A stretch of 64,000 nucleotides of DNA, taken from NCBI GenBank assembly GCA_050951545.1, contig JBMNJG010000016.1, positions 32,001-96,000 on the forward strand, written 5' to 3'. Shown piece after piece: positions 26,718 to 37,720 of this stretch (positions within the stretch are counted from its first letter, which is position 1; every line of letters starts with the position of its first letter). This DNA comes from Limnochordia bacterium. Lineage in GTDB: Bacteria; Bacillota; Limnochordia; DTU080. Made by a program: the position numbers and the translations under genes. Under the pieces are notes generated by a model. That model saw only the letters and a list, made by a program, of their open reading frames with translations, did no database searches and was not told the origin of the DNA.

Positions 26718-28688
26718 GTGGCAGCCAGGCGACTGGTCAAAATCGTGCTCGCGGCCTTTGGCCTCGGCCTATTACTTCTCCCCCTTCCCCTATCTTCGGC
26801 GGCGGTAGACGTAGGCGGCATCGGCTTTGAGGCAAGAGTGGGTTTCGGCGAGCGCTTTCGCGCCGGGGCCTGGGTACCCATTAGCATGCAGGCCACCAAT
26901 GAAGGGATTCCTTTTGACGCCCGTATTGAAGTGATCACCACCGCGGGCAACCCGTATGTGTCGAATCCACTACGTGTAGTCTACCGAAGGCCAGTCACAT
27001 TGCCCAGTGGAGCCCGCAAGCAATTCACCCTTAACGTACCTCTCACGAATACCGCTACTCCCATCGACGTCCGCCTCGTGGAACTAAATGGTAACATTCT
27101 GAGTAACCAACGCATTTCCCTGCGGGAGTCCGCCATCACCTCGGATATCGTCTTGGTCCTTGATACTACGGGTGAGCAATGGACGTGGTTACACGAAGTA
27201 GTGCCGACAAGCAGGGTCGGCGCCCCACACACCCGTGTGTATGTTGCCCATGCTCGGCGAGAGACCGACCTGCCCACGGAGTGGGTGGCCTACGAATCGA
27301 TACGAACGATTATCCTCACCGCATCATTTCCCGTAGCCTCGTTGTCCAAGGAGCAAATCACAGCCATCGTGGACTGGGTGGAGTCTGGAGGCCATCTTCT
27401 GGTGGCGGGAGGCCCAGGCCTCAACCTGAGGCCTGTCACCGAACTGGCTGACAGACTTCCGGTGAAGCTGAGCGGTACCTCACGCGTGGTGAGCCTAAGT
27501 GATATGGGCTTTGATGTAGTTCCCCTTCCAGCTCCGGTTCGTGTTCTAGCCTGGGCAGCTCAACCCACAGGAGGTAGGGTCGATCTGACAGCTGATGACC
27601 TACCGCTGATCGCCCATAGCTATGTCGGGACAGGCCGCATTACCTACATTGGCTTTGATCTCGCGGCGAAGCCCTTGCGCGCCTGGGAGGATTTCGACGC
27701 CTTCAGTCGATCCTTAGTCTTTCCCCAACGCATGGTACGCCGCACAACTGGTTCCTTAGAGCGAAAGCTGTTGCCTCTTTTGAGTTCGCAAAAGGTGCCC
27801 TACCCCCCGCATGCTTGGCTGATCATCTTCTTGCTTGTGTACGGAGTCAGCATCGTTGCGAGCCTGCGTCTGGCCAACAAGCGCTCGCTCGGTTGGCTGG
27901 CGTTGACCGGGGTAGTGGCTATCGGCTCTTTGTACGTGCAGACAGTGATTGCTAAGCAGACTGCAAAGTCGATGCAAGCGTATGCCGAGGTGCGCGTCTC
28001 TCTCGTGGCTCCGACTTCGAGCAAAGCGGCCAGCCTAGCCATTGCCGGTATGGTCCGCATGCGAGGGGGCGATTGGGTCCTCGAACGAGACAGCGGCATG
28101 CATCTGGCGCCAGCAGGCCATATGACTCTGGGTGCAGCGGAGCTTCTCGTGGTTGAGCATGGTGATGCGGAGTCTCGCCTTGGCCCCACACAACCCCGTC
28201 GTCTGCTGGCGGTCACGGCACAGATGCTCGAGGAGATCCCCGTACGGCTTTCCATCGAGCGAGACTGGCAGACCATACGAGTAGGTCTGGATAACCAGAC
28301 GCCGTGGCCGATACGCAGTGCCTTCTATGTCGACCGTGAACGTTACGCCTATCTGGGTGATGTCCCGCCCAACGAGCGAGCTGAAGTGGCATTCCCCGCC
28401 TATCAGTTCATGGTGGCTAGCGACTCGCTGTCCCCAGATTGGTTAGCCAACAGCGCAGCCAGCGTCGCTGAACGCAAAAGCCCTCGAACCGACAGGCGAC
28501 AGCTCGACGGCCTAGCCTACGTCGTGAGCCACGCCCTCACTCCCGATCGACAGTCACTCGATCTACCATGGGGAGTACCCATTGTAGTCGCTATCATAGA
28601 TACACCAACACAACCGCCACTGATCGAAAACGTGTGGGCAACAGGATACCACTACTTGGTGATACCCGCCAGCAGTCTCTTCGAGTAA
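26718..28688 (+). CDS. Exported/membrane protein with a class-I glutamine-amidotransferase-like domain (MoxR cluster)
   Basis: Signal peptide; Q..AI.DWVESGGHLLVAGG motif; two central TM helices. Confidence 0.65.
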   Translation: MAARRLVKIVLAAFGLGLLLLPLPLSSAAVDVGGIGFEARVGFGERFRAGAWVPISMQATNEGIPFDARIEVITTAGNPYVSNPLRVVYRRPVTLPSGARKQFTLNVPLTNTATPIDVRLVELNGNILSNQRISLRESAITSDIVLVLDTTGEQWTWLHEVVPTSRVGAPHTRVYVAHARRETDLPTEWVAYESIRTIILTASFPVASLSKEQITAIVDWVESGGHLLVAGGPGLNLRPVTELADRLPVKLSGTSRVVSLSDMGFDVVPLPAPVRVLAWAAQPTGGRVDLTADDLPLIAHSYVGTGRITYIGFDLAAKPLRAWEDFDAFSRSLVFPQRMVRRTTGSLERKLLPLLSSQKVPYPPHAWLIIFLLVYGVSIVASLRLANKRSLGWLALTGVVAIGSLYVQTVIAKQTAKSMQAYAEVRVSLVAPTSSKAASLAIAGMVRMRGGDWVLERDSGMHLAPAGHMTLGAAELLVVEHGDAESRLGPTQPRRLLAVTAQMLEEIPVRLSIERDWQTIRVGLDNQTPWPIRSAFYVDRERYAYLGDVPPNERAEVAFPAYQFMVASDSLSPDWLANSAASVAERKSPRTDRRQLDGLAYVVSHALTPDRQSLDLPWGVPIVVAIIDTPTQPPLIENVWATGYHYLVIPASSLFE

Positions 28689-28789
28689 CTTGGGGCGCGT
28701 ACGTGCTCGGCCTTGTCCGACCAAATGGGTCACATGAGAGCGCCGATGTCGATAGCGAAACATAGACAATAACCGGAGGTCGGGTCACG

Positions 28790-29647
28790 ATGCGGGCCTT
28801 TCTTGCTATACTCCGTCGCGAGCTTGCTGATGCTGTGATCTCTCCTTTCGGCCAGCGATTGGCAACCATCCATTTGACTATCGCCTCATTGGCCGTACTG
28901 CTTGGCTGGCCGATCTCCTATGCGCTGGGAGCAGCTGGCGCAGCACCGACCTTCGCTTGGTGGGTCTATTCCGAGATTCTCATGCTCTCTTACCTGGCCC
29001 TAGCCATCCCGGCGGATATCTTTCCGATAGAGAACAAGATACGAACAGGCGATTGGATTGTCTATGGTGAAGCTTCTATATGGGCCATCCATTTCGGAAA
29101 GACTTGCGCAACGTTGCTGACCATCTTGTTTTGGCTGATCACTGTGATCCCAGTTATGCTAGTGGCCTTAGCCATCTCACCTGTCAACAGCGTGCAGCTA
29201 GCATCTTTAGGGCTATTCGCAAGCTTGCTGCTGGCTACACTGGTTCAGTTCGGCACATGGATAGGCGTCACCATCGATTCCCAACCCTTCCGCGTGGTGT
29301 CGGTTGATGTGGCCTTTGTCGCACTTATGCTGGGGAGCATTCTGATGCAGACCCTTTCAGGGGTCTTTCGAGTCCCTATCTTTGCCCAACCCTTGGAGGT
29401 GGCCGCTCGCATAATGAACGTCTCTGCACAAGATGTGTTCTTCGGCTCTGCGGCAGGTACCCTCGTCGGCCTGTCGGTGCCGCTAACGACGAGCCACGAA
29501 GCCTCTGTGTCCAACAGCATTTCCTGGTCGACCCTGATCGTCATCTACGGCAGTCTTTTCCTGACCGCCTGTGTTCTCTCCCTGCTGTCCTTGCGCCAGT
29601 GGCGAGAAAGGCCAGTCAAAGAAGGTGACTACCCTGATTCTCGATGA
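28790..29647 (+). CDS. ABC-2-type permease-like membrane protein
   Basis: ILRREL N-terminus, IHFGK motif and about six TM segments. Confidence 0.6.
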   Translation: MRAFLAILRRELADAVISPFGQRLATIHLTIASLAVLLGWPISYALGAAGAAPTFAWWVYSEILMLSYLALAIPADIFPIENKIRTGDWIVYGEASIWAIHFGKTCATLLTILFWLITVIPVMLVALAISPVNSVQLASLGLFASLLLATLVQFGTWIGVTIDSQPFRVVSVDVAFVALMLGSILMQTLSGVFRVPIFAQPLEVAARIMNVSAQDVFFGSAAGTLVGLSVPLTTSHEASVSNSISWSTLIVIYGSLFLTACVLSLLSLRQWRERPVKEGDYPDSR

Positions 29648-31013
29648 GCAGCTTCGCATCAAAATCGACGCCGTGTCACAGCGCCTGCGCAACGCCGACC
29701 AGCTCACGGCAACGATCCGCGCGCTTGTGGCTTCGCTGATCGGCTTCGTGTCATTGCGTAGTCTGACAGGCCTTTTGACAGGTGGACAAGGAGCGCTGAC
29801 ATCTGCGCTCATGGCACTAGCTGCTGGTGTCACCCACATCCTCTCCAGACAGCGTTCGCGACACACTCGCCTATCGGCTGCCCGCTTCATCGACCTCGAA
29901 CTCAGTCTACAGGACCGTCTCGCCACTGCTGTCGAGTGTGCCAGCCTGGATACAAAAGCTTCCAGTCGAGTAGAGCAGTGGCTCTTCGTGGATGCCGCCC
30001 AGCAAGCCCCTTTCATCAAACCGGAAGAACTGGTGCCCTATCATCCGCCGCATGAAGCTCGCTGGCTGCTGCCTCTCCTTATCGTGGCCGTTGTTCTCTC
30101 CTTACCAATATATCCCAGCGGACTCTCATGGCAGATTGGCGGAGGTGAGCTGCAGGAAGCCGCCAAGAGGGCTGATGAACTCGCAGCCTTGGCAGATCAA
30201 CTCGAGCGGCTGGCCCAGCAACAACCCGAGTTGCGCGAAGTCACCGATTTGCTTCGAACCATGGCACAGCAGCTGCGTGACAAGCGTCTACCTAAGAGCG
30301 AAGCCCTGCGCTTGCTGAAGGAGCTCGAACAAGAGATGCAGGTGACCGCGGATGCACAAAGTGTCGATCTTGACTTAACCCATATCCAGAACCTCGCTCA
30401 ACGCTTGCGCCGCATTACCTCTTCTGAGATAAGGGGCAGAGAATCCATTGGCCAGTGGCTGAGTCAGGGCAGCGATAAAGGTAGAGCTCCTAGTGACACC
30501 GAATACGGCAACCGCACTGACGGTATGCCTGGCGACGCCCAAACCGAAAGTACACCCGGCAGCAGACAAAGCACCAAGGCTGACGCAAACACGACGGCTG
30601 GGGGGCCGAGTTCCAGCCCAAGCTCTCGGGAGAAGCCCGCAGACCCGACGGGTGGTGGCAGCACGGACTCACATGATTATGCTGGTGATGACGACTCGTA
30701 CATGCACGGTAGCTCTGCAGGTACCGGACGAGGCGACAGCCAGCGGCAAGAGCCTTTTCAGCCCAGCACGAACCTCACTCGGGAGCTGACTCCAATCAGT
30801 GGGAAACTAGGTGAAAGTGGCTCCATACTCACCGGACAGGCCGAAGGCACCACGGCTCCAACCCAGCCAGCCGTACCTCGCACAGGCGGTAGGGCTCCTG
30901 TGATCACTCCGGCTGGGATCGAGCAGGCAGTGACCCAAGAGCGGATTCCTTTAGCCTACCGACACTGGATCAAACGCTACTTCGAGACTATCGAACCAGG
31001 ACAAAGCCCGTAG
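29625..31013 (+). CDS. Membrane-anchored coiled-coil protein with a low-complexity tail (MoxR cluster)
   Basis: AARFID..L.L.DRLATA motif, TM helices, coiled coil, and C-terminal IPLAYRHWIKRYF. Start uncertain. Confidence 0.7.
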   Translation: MTTLILDEQLRIKIDAVSQRLRNADQLTATIRALVASLIGFVSLRSLTGLLTGGQGALTSALMALAAGVTHILSRQRSRHTRLSAARFIDLELSLQDRLATAVECASLDTKASSRVEQWLFVDAAQQAPFIKPEELVPYHPPHEARWLLPLLIVAVVLSLPIYPSGLSWQIGGGELQEAAKRADELAALADQLERLAQQQPELREVTDLLRTMAQQLRDKRLPKSEALRLLKELEQEMQVTADAQSVDLDLTHIQNLAQRLRRITSSEIRGRESIGQWLSQGSDKGRAPSDTEYGNRTDGMPGDAQTESTPGSRQSTKADANTTAGGPSSSPSSREKPADPTGGGSTDSHDYAGDDDSYMHGSSAGTGRGDSQRQEPFQPSTNLTRELTPISGKLGESGSILTGQAEGTTAPTQPAVPRTGGRAPVITPAGIEQAVTQERIPLAYRHWIKRYFETIEPGQSP

Positions 31014-31014
31014 G

Positions 31015-32034
31015 ATGGTGACGCGTATGGAGAGTGCTCTGCCTAATGAAGTCTTGGAAGTGCAACAGAATCTGGAGCGCGTGCGCAAAGAGATTGGCAA
31101 GGCTTTCGTAGGCCATCCCGACTTAGTGAATGAGTTACTGGTAGCGATATTGGCCAACGGGCATGTCTTACTCGAAGGAGTCCCCGGACTCGGGAAAACC
31201 CTCCTCGTACGTACTGTGGGGAAGGTGCTGGAGCTATCGTTTTCCCGTATTCAGTTCACTCCTGATCTCATGCCTGCAGATATCCTGGGAACCAATATCC
31301 TTGTGCAATCACCAGATGGCAAGCGAGCCTTTCAGTTTCAGCATGGCCCTCTGTTCGCCAACATTGTTCTCGCTGATGAGATCAACCGTGCCTCGCCCAA
31401 GACCCAATCCGCTCTACTCGAAGCTATGCAAGAGATGCACGTGACAGCTGGTGGGCATGCCTACGAACTCCCTAAGCCTTTTTTCGTGTTGGCTACCCAA
31501 AACCCGATAGAAATGGAAGGCACCTATCCATTGCCCGAGGCCCAAGTAGACCGCTTCATGTTCAAATTGCGCGTCGATCTTCCAGGTATGGATGACCTAC
31601 GCACCATTATCGATCGGACAACTGGCGACACCGAGCCTCAAGTGTTCACAGTTCTCAATGCTCACCAATTGCAGGAGTTGCAGAGACTGGTGCGCGAGGT
31701 ACCTATCGCGAGCCACCTTCGTGATCTAGCCATCAAAATCGTACTGGCTACACATCAAGGCTCGGCCTATGCCCCTGAAGCTGTCAATAGCTTCGTGCGC
31801 CTCGGTGCGAGCCCCCGCGGAGCGCAGAGCATCGTTGTAGCCGCCAAAGCCTGGGCCCTGATGAACGGTCGGTTCAACGTCAGCTACGAGGATATCTACC
31901 GGATGGTACAACCAGCTCTGCGCCACCGCCTGCTGCTCAACTTTACGGGTGAAGCAGAAGGCATTGAGGCGGAGACAGTTCTCGCGGCAGTGGTGACACA
32001 TGTGACAGGCTCAGAGCGTCCAACCCAGAGGTGA
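31015..32034 (+). CDS. MoxR family AAA+ ATPase
   Basis: LLEGVPGLGKT, RIQFTPDLMPAD, DEINRA and ATQNPIEMEGTYPLPEAQ motifs. Confidence 0.96.
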   Translation: MVTRMESALPNEVLEVQQNLERVRKEIGKAFVGHPDLVNELLVAILANGHVLLEGVPGLGKTLLVRTVGKVLELSFSRIQFTPDLMPADILGTNILVQSPDGKRAFQFQHGPLFANIVLADEINRASPKTQSALLEAMQEMHVTAGGHAYELPKPFFVLATQNPIEMEGTYPLPEAQVDRFMFKLRVDLPGMDDLRTIIDRTTGDTEPQVFTVLNAHQLQELQRLVREVPIASHLRDLAIKIVLATHQGSAYAPEAVNSFVRLGASPRGAQSIVVAAKAWALMNGRFNVSYEDIYRMVQPALRHRLLLNFTGEAEGIEAETVLAAVVTHVTGSERPTQR

Positions 32035-32041
32035 GGGCATC

Positions 32042-32956
32042 TTGACCACTAGTTCTACGCCGACGGACCCGACGGTTAGTGTGGAAACCCTTCTCGATCC
32101 TGAGTTTCTGCGTCAGCTAGAGCGAGTTCGCTTCTCCCCGCGCTGGGCTATCACTGAACGCGAAATCGGCGAGCACCCGAGCAGTCGCCATGGAGTCAGC
32201 GTCGAGTTCGCAGATTATCGCGAGTATCAGCCTGGCGACGATTTCCGTGCTATCGATTGGACACTTCTCGCCCGGCTCGACCGCTTGTACGTGAAGCTGT
32301 TTCGTGGCGAGGAGAATCTACGCCTCGAGTTGCAGATCGATGCCAGTACCTCTATGCATTTTGGTCATCCCACAAAGCTCGCCTACGCCATCCGCCTGGC
32401 TGCTGCTCTAGGCTATGTCGGCCTGCACCGAAGCCACCGGGTGCGAGCCGTCTTTTTTGGCAGCCAGCCCTACCGGCTCTTGCCTAACGCCCGCGGTCGG
32501 CAGGCCGCGACAAGCCTCTTCCGCTTCTTGGCTCAGGGAGGCGATGCTGGCTCTACCGATATCAACGCCAGCCTAAGGCAACTAGCCCTTCAGAGCAGCA
32601 GTAGCGTCACTGTCTTGATATCCGATCTCTTGGATCCTGCCGGATATGCGAGCGGACTGGACGCTCTGTTGCGGAGCGGTCGTCGAGTGGCGATCATCCA
32701 TCTGCTATCCCCAGAAGAGCTAAACCCTGAGGTCTCAGGGGAGTTCGAATGGCTCGATGCCGAGACTGCGCAGACAGTGGAGATCTCTGTGGATCGTGAT
32801 ACTCTGGCACTCTACCAAGACACCCTGTCAGAATGGTTCGCAGAGATTCGCACTTTCTGCGAGACGAGGCGCATCCCCTATTTCCACGTGGCGACCAATG
32901 CGCCACTTCCCGACGTGGTACTCCGCCATCTGCGTCAGGGAGGACTCCTCGCATGA
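32042..32956 (+). CDS. DUF58 vWA-like protein
   Basis: EFADYREYQPGDDFRAIDW, DASTSM and ISD motifs. Confidence 0.93.
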   Translation: MTTSSTPTDPTVSVETLLDPEFLRQLERVRFSPRWAITEREIGEHPSSRHGVSVEFADYREYQPGDDFRAIDWTLLARLDRLYVKLFRGEENLRLELQIDASTSMHFGHPTKLAYAIRLAAALGYVGLHRSHRVRAVFFGSQPYRLLPNARGRQAATSLFRFLAQGGDAGSTDINASLRQLALQSSSSVTVLISDLLDPAGYASGLDALLRSGRRVAIIHLLSPEELNPEVSGEFEWLDAETAQTVEISVDRDTLALYQDTLSEWFAEIRTFCETRRIPYFHVATNAPLPDVVLRHLRQGGLLA

Positions 32957-34824
32957 GCCTACTCTCTCCGTGGTGGCTACTGCTACTTCCTCTGCTCTAC
33001 CTAGTCATCCTCCTGCATACACTGCACCCGCAACGCCACCGCGTGCTGATCCCCAGTGTCTTGCTGTGGCAACGTGTGCTGCGAGAGCTCGCCTCCGACG
33101 CCCGCTGGCGCCGGCTGGTAGCCAACTTGCTCTTGCTGGTACAGCTGCTTATCCTAGCTGGTCTCATCCTTGCCCTCACCCATCCGGCCCTTCTTTTTTC
33201 CGCCGCTCGGGTCAGGCAGGATGTGGTCCTCGTCGATACCTCACTCAGTATGAGCGCCACTGACGTGTCGCCCCACAGGCTGCAAGCCGCCAAAGAGAAG
33301 CTGCTAAAGCATGTCAAGGCTGACCGTCCACGACGCATAGTGATCATTGAAGCGGGCCCCAACCCCGCAATCGTGTACCATGGCCCCGCTTCGATGGCCG
33401 CTTTGCAGACGGCCTTGCGCAGAGTGGAGGCTACTGATGGCGCTACGGACTGGAATCGGACGGCACTTCTCGCTCGCTCCTCCCTCTCCTCTGATAACGA
33501 CCGGATCATCCTCGTAACTGACGGAGCTTTCGAGTCTGGAGAGCTGTCGCTCTTGGCAGAGTTGACACCCAAGGTACCGATCCACGTGATCCAAGCTGCA
33601 GGCCACGGCACAAATGTGGGCATCACGGCCTTTGAGGCCCGACAGATGGGCACCTCGCTCTCAGAACACGAAGTGTTGATCACGGTGGCTAACAACACTC
33701 CGGATGACGTGGATGTACCCCTCGTGCTTCGCGGCTCACAAGGACAGCTGGGGCAACGTCGCCTCCGCATCCCTGCTGGTGAGAATCGCGGTACTACGTT
33801 CACCCACATCTTCTCTAGTCAAGAGGTGCTACAGGCCGAAATCATCTTCCGTGATGCCCTGGCCACTGACAACAAGGCCCATCTCACAGCGTATCCTCCT
33901 ACACCCACTCGCGTCCTGTTGGTCGGTCCAGGCAACTATTTCCTCGAGCGAGGACTGCGGGTCTTTCCCCAGGTCCGGCTCGAGCGCCGCCTGCTCTATC
34001 CTGAGGGTGGCGACTACGCCCTTGTCATATTCGATCGCCTGCCAGTTCCGGAGAGCTTCTGCGGTACTGCCTTATACTTGGCTGGCACGATGGCTGATCA
34101 AGCCCTCGGTGATTTCCCCTCGCCAGAAATCACTTGGTGGAATCGCTCCCATCCTCTAACCCGTTTCGTGAACTGGGCCGACGTGGGCCTGCTCCGCACG
34201 TTTCTCATGGATCGCCAGCGAGGTGCGCATGTGCTTGTAGAATCGGAAGCAGGCCCGGTGCTGCAGCTGATCGAAAACGATCAGGCACGCATGCTCACGC
34301 TGAGCTTTGCCCTCGAAGAGAGTGACTGGCCGCACAAGGTCGGTTTCCCTGTTTTCTTGAGCCATCTTCTTCAATGGGCGCATCCGGAAGGCTGGGAGTT
34401 TGTCCGCTCCCCGCTGAGCGCAGGAGCCACAGTCATGCTACCGCGTTTTCTGGCCGACAAGGATGGTTGGCGAGTACGCACCCCAAGCGGCGAGACATTG
34501 CGAGTGAAGCAAGACACAGGCGGCTCCTTTGATGCAACGGTTACCGCAGGAGTATACACCGTGGAGAGCACAGCTGGGGAATACGCCTTTGCCGTGAACG
34601 CAGGCTCACCGACTGAATCCGATCTGCGTCCTCGCCTCGTGTTGCCGCAAATCACCAGTGAGCCCACGCAGGAGCGCGCCTATCATCCAGCTTCCCTCTG
34701 GCGCCCATTGGCACTGTGGGCCTTGCTGCTTCTCGTCGTTGAGAGCTGGCTCTACACAAACAAGGTACGTCGGCCAGTGAATCTCGACTGGCGCAGGTGG
34801 TTGCGTAACAAGGAGGTGGAGTAG
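32953..34824 (+). CDS. BatA-domain / vWA protein
   Basis: BatA-like N-terminal TMs (MSLLSPWWLLLL..PSVLLW), MIDAS DTSLSM and VTDG; the ATG overlaps the DUF58 stop. Confidence 0.85.
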   Translation: MSLLSPWWLLLLPLLYLVILLHTLHPQRHRVLIPSVLLWQRVLRELASDARWRRLVANLLLLVQLLILAGLILALTHPALLFSAARVRQDVVLVDTSLSMSATDVSPHRLQAAKEKLLKHVKADRPRRIVIIEAGPNPAIVYHGPASMAALQTALRRVEATDGATDWNRTALLARSSLSSDNDRIILVTDGAFESGELSLLAELTPKVPIHVIQAAGHGTNVGITAFEARQMGTSLSEHEVLITVANNTPDDVDVPLVLRGSQGQLGQRRLRIPAGENRGTTFTHIFSSQEVLQAEIIFRDALATDNKAHLTAYPPTPTRVLLVGPGNYFLERGLRVFPQVRLERRLLYPEGGDYALVIFDRLPVPESFCGTALYLAGTMADQALGDFPSPEITWWNRSHPLTRFVNWADVGLLRTFLMDRQRGAHVLVESEAGPVLQLIENDQARMLTLSFALEESDWPHKVGFPVFLSHLLQWAHPEGWEFVRSPLSAGATVMLPRFLADKDGWRVRTPSGETLRVKQDTGGSFDATVTAGVYTVESTAGEYAFAVNAGSPTESDLRPRLVLPQITSEPTQERAYHPASLWRPLALWALLLLVVESWLYTNKVRRPVNLDWRRWLRNKEVE

Positions 34825-34826
34825 GC

Positions 34827-37661
34827 GTGCGCTTTACCTCTCCTGCCTGGTTACTGCTTCTCGCCATCATACCCCCAGTGATGCTGACCTGGCGTAGATA
34901 CCTGCGATCACCCGGGGTCGCCCGCATCGTACGGGCTGTCACCTTCTTGAGGGGTAGCGCCATGCTACTCCTGGTCTTGGCTCTAGCAGGCGCGCAGTGG
35001 ATGATGCTTAACAGAGGAGTCGATCTACTTTTTCTTGTGGATGTTTCCGAGAGCGTCACCAGCCCCCAGCGCAGTCTCGGACTAGACTTCGTTCGCCACA
35101 CAGCGCATCAGATTGGTCGAAACGACCGAGCGGGGCTCATCGCCTTTTCGGGTGAAGCGCTTATAGATCAACCGCTGGGAAGCAACCTAACCCAACTGCG
35201 CCAGATCGAATCTACCCCCACTCGTAGCGAAACCGATCTGCAATCTGCTCTGGAATTAGCTCTGTCCTATGGCGATGTGCAGCGCAATCTCAGGGTTGTG
35301 GTTATCAGCGACGGCCTGAGTACCCGCGGTGACCCCGAGTTTCTACTGCCCTCGTTTAAGGATCGAGGTGTACCCATCGATGCTTTCCTTGTGGGTGCCC
35401 CACCCGAATCAGAGGTTTCCATAGAGCAGGTGGCCGCTCCAGCCCACGTGCAAGAGAACCAGCCTTTTGGTGTCCGCGTGGTCGTCGGCGCCACGCAGAC
35501 AACAACGGGCAGACTCTGGCTCTTCCGCAACGGCAGCCTTGTCTCTGAGAGGAGCGTACAACTAGAGGCGGGCCGGAATGTCTTTGACTTCGCAAATCTC
35601 AAGGAGTCTGCCGGCCTTACTCGCTTCGAAGTTCGCCTGGAAGCTGCTAAGGACACCCTTCAGCAAAACAACGCTGGCTATGTAACCGTCACCGTCGATG
35701 GCCCAAGCAAGGTACTGATCATCACAGACAGTCCTACAGGTTCGGCCGCCCTCATCAGTGCCTTGCGGCGCAATAGTATTCCAACCGAAGTGATCAGCCC
35801 CGCCATGCTGCCCGCCAACGCTACTGCACTAGCGGCGTTCTCGGCGATCTTGATACACGACGTGCCTGCCCTGAGCTTCTCACGAACCCAGTTGGAGCAG
35901 ATCGCCTCGTATGTGCGCGAGCTCGGTGGCGGTCTAGTCAATATTGGCGGCCATAACAGCTATGGTCTAGGGGGCTACTACAAGACGCCACTAGAAAGTG
36001 TACTCCCTGTAGCCATTGATGTCTCGCAAACAGTCGTCATGCCCTCGCTGGCCCTTGTGCTCATCTTAGACAAGTCGGGAAGTATGGCCAGCCTACAGGG
36101 CAGGCGTGACAAGATCACTCTGGCCAAAGAGGCCGCACTGGGCGTTTTGGATGTCATGTTGGACCATGATCTTTTTGGTGTTCTCGCTTTTGACAGTGAG
36201 CCTTACTGGGTAGTACCCCTGCAGCTCACCAGTGATCGTCTGGGCATGGCCCATCAGATAGGAGCCATCGGTGCAGGTGGTGGAACGGATCTTGGACCTG
36301 CCATGCTAGAAGCCTACAAGGCTCTGTCTGCTGCGGAGGCCGTGGTCAAGCATGCCATTATCCTCTCTGACGGACAATCCATGGAATACGACTTCCCTGC
36401 TGTTACCGCCCTCTTGCACAGTACAGGTGCCACCGTGAGCACCGTAGCCATTGGTGAGGACGCAGACCGTCACCTACTAGCCACTATTGCCCGTATGGGA
36501 GATGGTCGTTTCTACTACACCGATGATGCGGACACTATCCCACAGATCTTCGCTACTGAAGCGTTTGTGGTCTCCAGACCGCTCGCCGTAGAAGAACGCG
36601 TACAACCCAAGACACGCCAGCCTGCAGCATTCCTGGCAGGGATCCAGATGGACCGCTTGCCCTCGCTCTCAGGCTACGTCTTGACATCGCCCAAAGCGAC
36701 ATCCGCCATTCACCTCGAATCAGAGGATGCCAACCCTATTTTGGCCTCCTGGCGCCATGGGCTGGGGCGTGTCGTCGCCTTTACGTCTGGCGCAACCACA
36801 ACCTGGGCAGCAGATTGGCTACGCTGGCGGGATTTCGGAGCTTTCTGGAGCCAGACTGTGCGCTGGGCCATGCGCCCCGAGCAACCTTCACAGCTACGAA
36901 CGCATTTCGATATTCACGAAAGCCAGGCGACCATTGTGGTTGACGCCATCGATGCCCAGGGCCGTTTTCTGAACTTCCTGCAGTTACAGGCTGAAGTCCT
37001 TTCCCCCAGCGGAGACAGCCAACGCCTGACACTTGAGCAAACAGCGCCGGGCCAGTATCAGACGCAGTTCTCTACTGGCGAAGAGGGCGCCTGGTTGGCT
37101 GCCGTCGCCGACCCGAACCGCCCCGACTTTGACAAGCCTTTCGTAGTAGGCACTGTGCTCCCCTACTCCAATGAGTATCGCTTGATCGGACAAGATAGCA
37201 GCAGTCTAGAGCGGCTGGTCATGGCGACAGGTGGAACGCTGTTCGCCAGTGAGACGATGCCTTCAGGTAGTGAGCTGAAGGCTCTCCTACGTCATCCCCA
37301 TCCCGTACGACATCCGGTCTCTCTATGGCCAGTTCTGCTGTTTGTGGCTTTTCTTCTTTTTCTACTCGATATCACCATCCGCTATCTGCCACCTGCCACG
37401 CTACGACAACTAGAACTCGCCCTTTGGGGCAGCACATCTGTGATAGCCACAAGCACTGGTGTTGAGCAGATCGAAGAGACAGCAGAGGAAGTGCCCGCAG
37501 GTATCACCCTCGAGATAGCGCCCCCGCCGCGCCTAGAGGACTTGATTCAGCGTCGACGCCAAGCCGACTTGAGCTCTCAGCCACTCCTACAACCAGGAAG
37601 ATACCTAGCTCGCCTTCGTCGAACCCGCAGACACGATAAGCCACGAGACGAAGGTCAGTAA
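34827..37661 (+). CDS. Double-vWA plus glutamine-amidotransferase-like membrane protein
   Basis: MIDAS motifs DVSES and DKSGSM; GGHNSYGLGGY and GLGRVVAFTS; terminal TMs. Confidence 0.85.
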   Translation: MRFTSPAWLLLLAIIPPVMLTWRRYLRSPGVARIVRAVTFLRGSAMLLLVLALAGAQWMMLNRGVDLLFLVDVSESVTSPQRSLGLDFVRHTAHQIGRNDRAGLIAFSGEALIDQPLGSNLTQLRQIESTPTRSETDLQSALELALSYGDVQRNLRVVVISDGLSTRGDPEFLLPSFKDRGVPIDAFLVGAPPESEVSIEQVAAPAHVQENQPFGVRVVVGATQTTTGRLWLFRNGSLVSERSVQLEAGRNVFDFANLKESAGLTRFEVRLEAAKDTLQQNNAGYVTVTVDGPSKVLIITDSPTGSAALISALRRNSIPTEVISPAMLPANATALAAFSAILIHDVPALSFSRTQLEQIASYVRELGGGLVNIGGHNSYGLGGYYKTPLESVLPVAIDVSQTVVMPSLALVLILDKSGSMASLQGRRDKITLAKEAALGVLDVMLDHDLFGVLAFDSEPYWVVPLQLTSDRLGMAHQIGAIGAGGGTDLGPAMLEAYKALSAAEAVVKHAIILSDGQSMEYDFPAVTALLHSTGATVSTVAIGEDADRHLLATIARMGDGRFYYTDDADTIPQIFATEAFVVSRPLAVEERVQPKTRQPAAFLAGIQMDRLPSLSGYVLTSPKATSAIHLESEDANPILASWRHGLGRVVAFTSGATTTWAADWLRWRDFGAFWSQTVRWAMRPEQPSQLRTHFDIHESQATIVVDAIDAQGRFLNFLQLQAEVLSPSGDSQRLTLEQTAPGQYQTQFSTGEEGAWLAAVADPNRPDFDKPFVVGTVLPYSNEYRLIGQDSSSLERLVMATGGTLFASETMPSGSELKALLRHPHPVRHPVSLWPVLLFVAFLLFLLDITIRYLPPATLRQLELALWGSTSVIATSTGVEQIEETAEEVPAGITLEIAPPPRLEDLIQRRRQADLSSQPLLQPGRYLARLRRTRRHDKPRDEGQ

Positions 37662-37720
37662 GGTTCTCGCTCGCTTCGGCGCCCAATATACTTGATGAAT
37701 AGAGAACAAATGTCTGGGAG

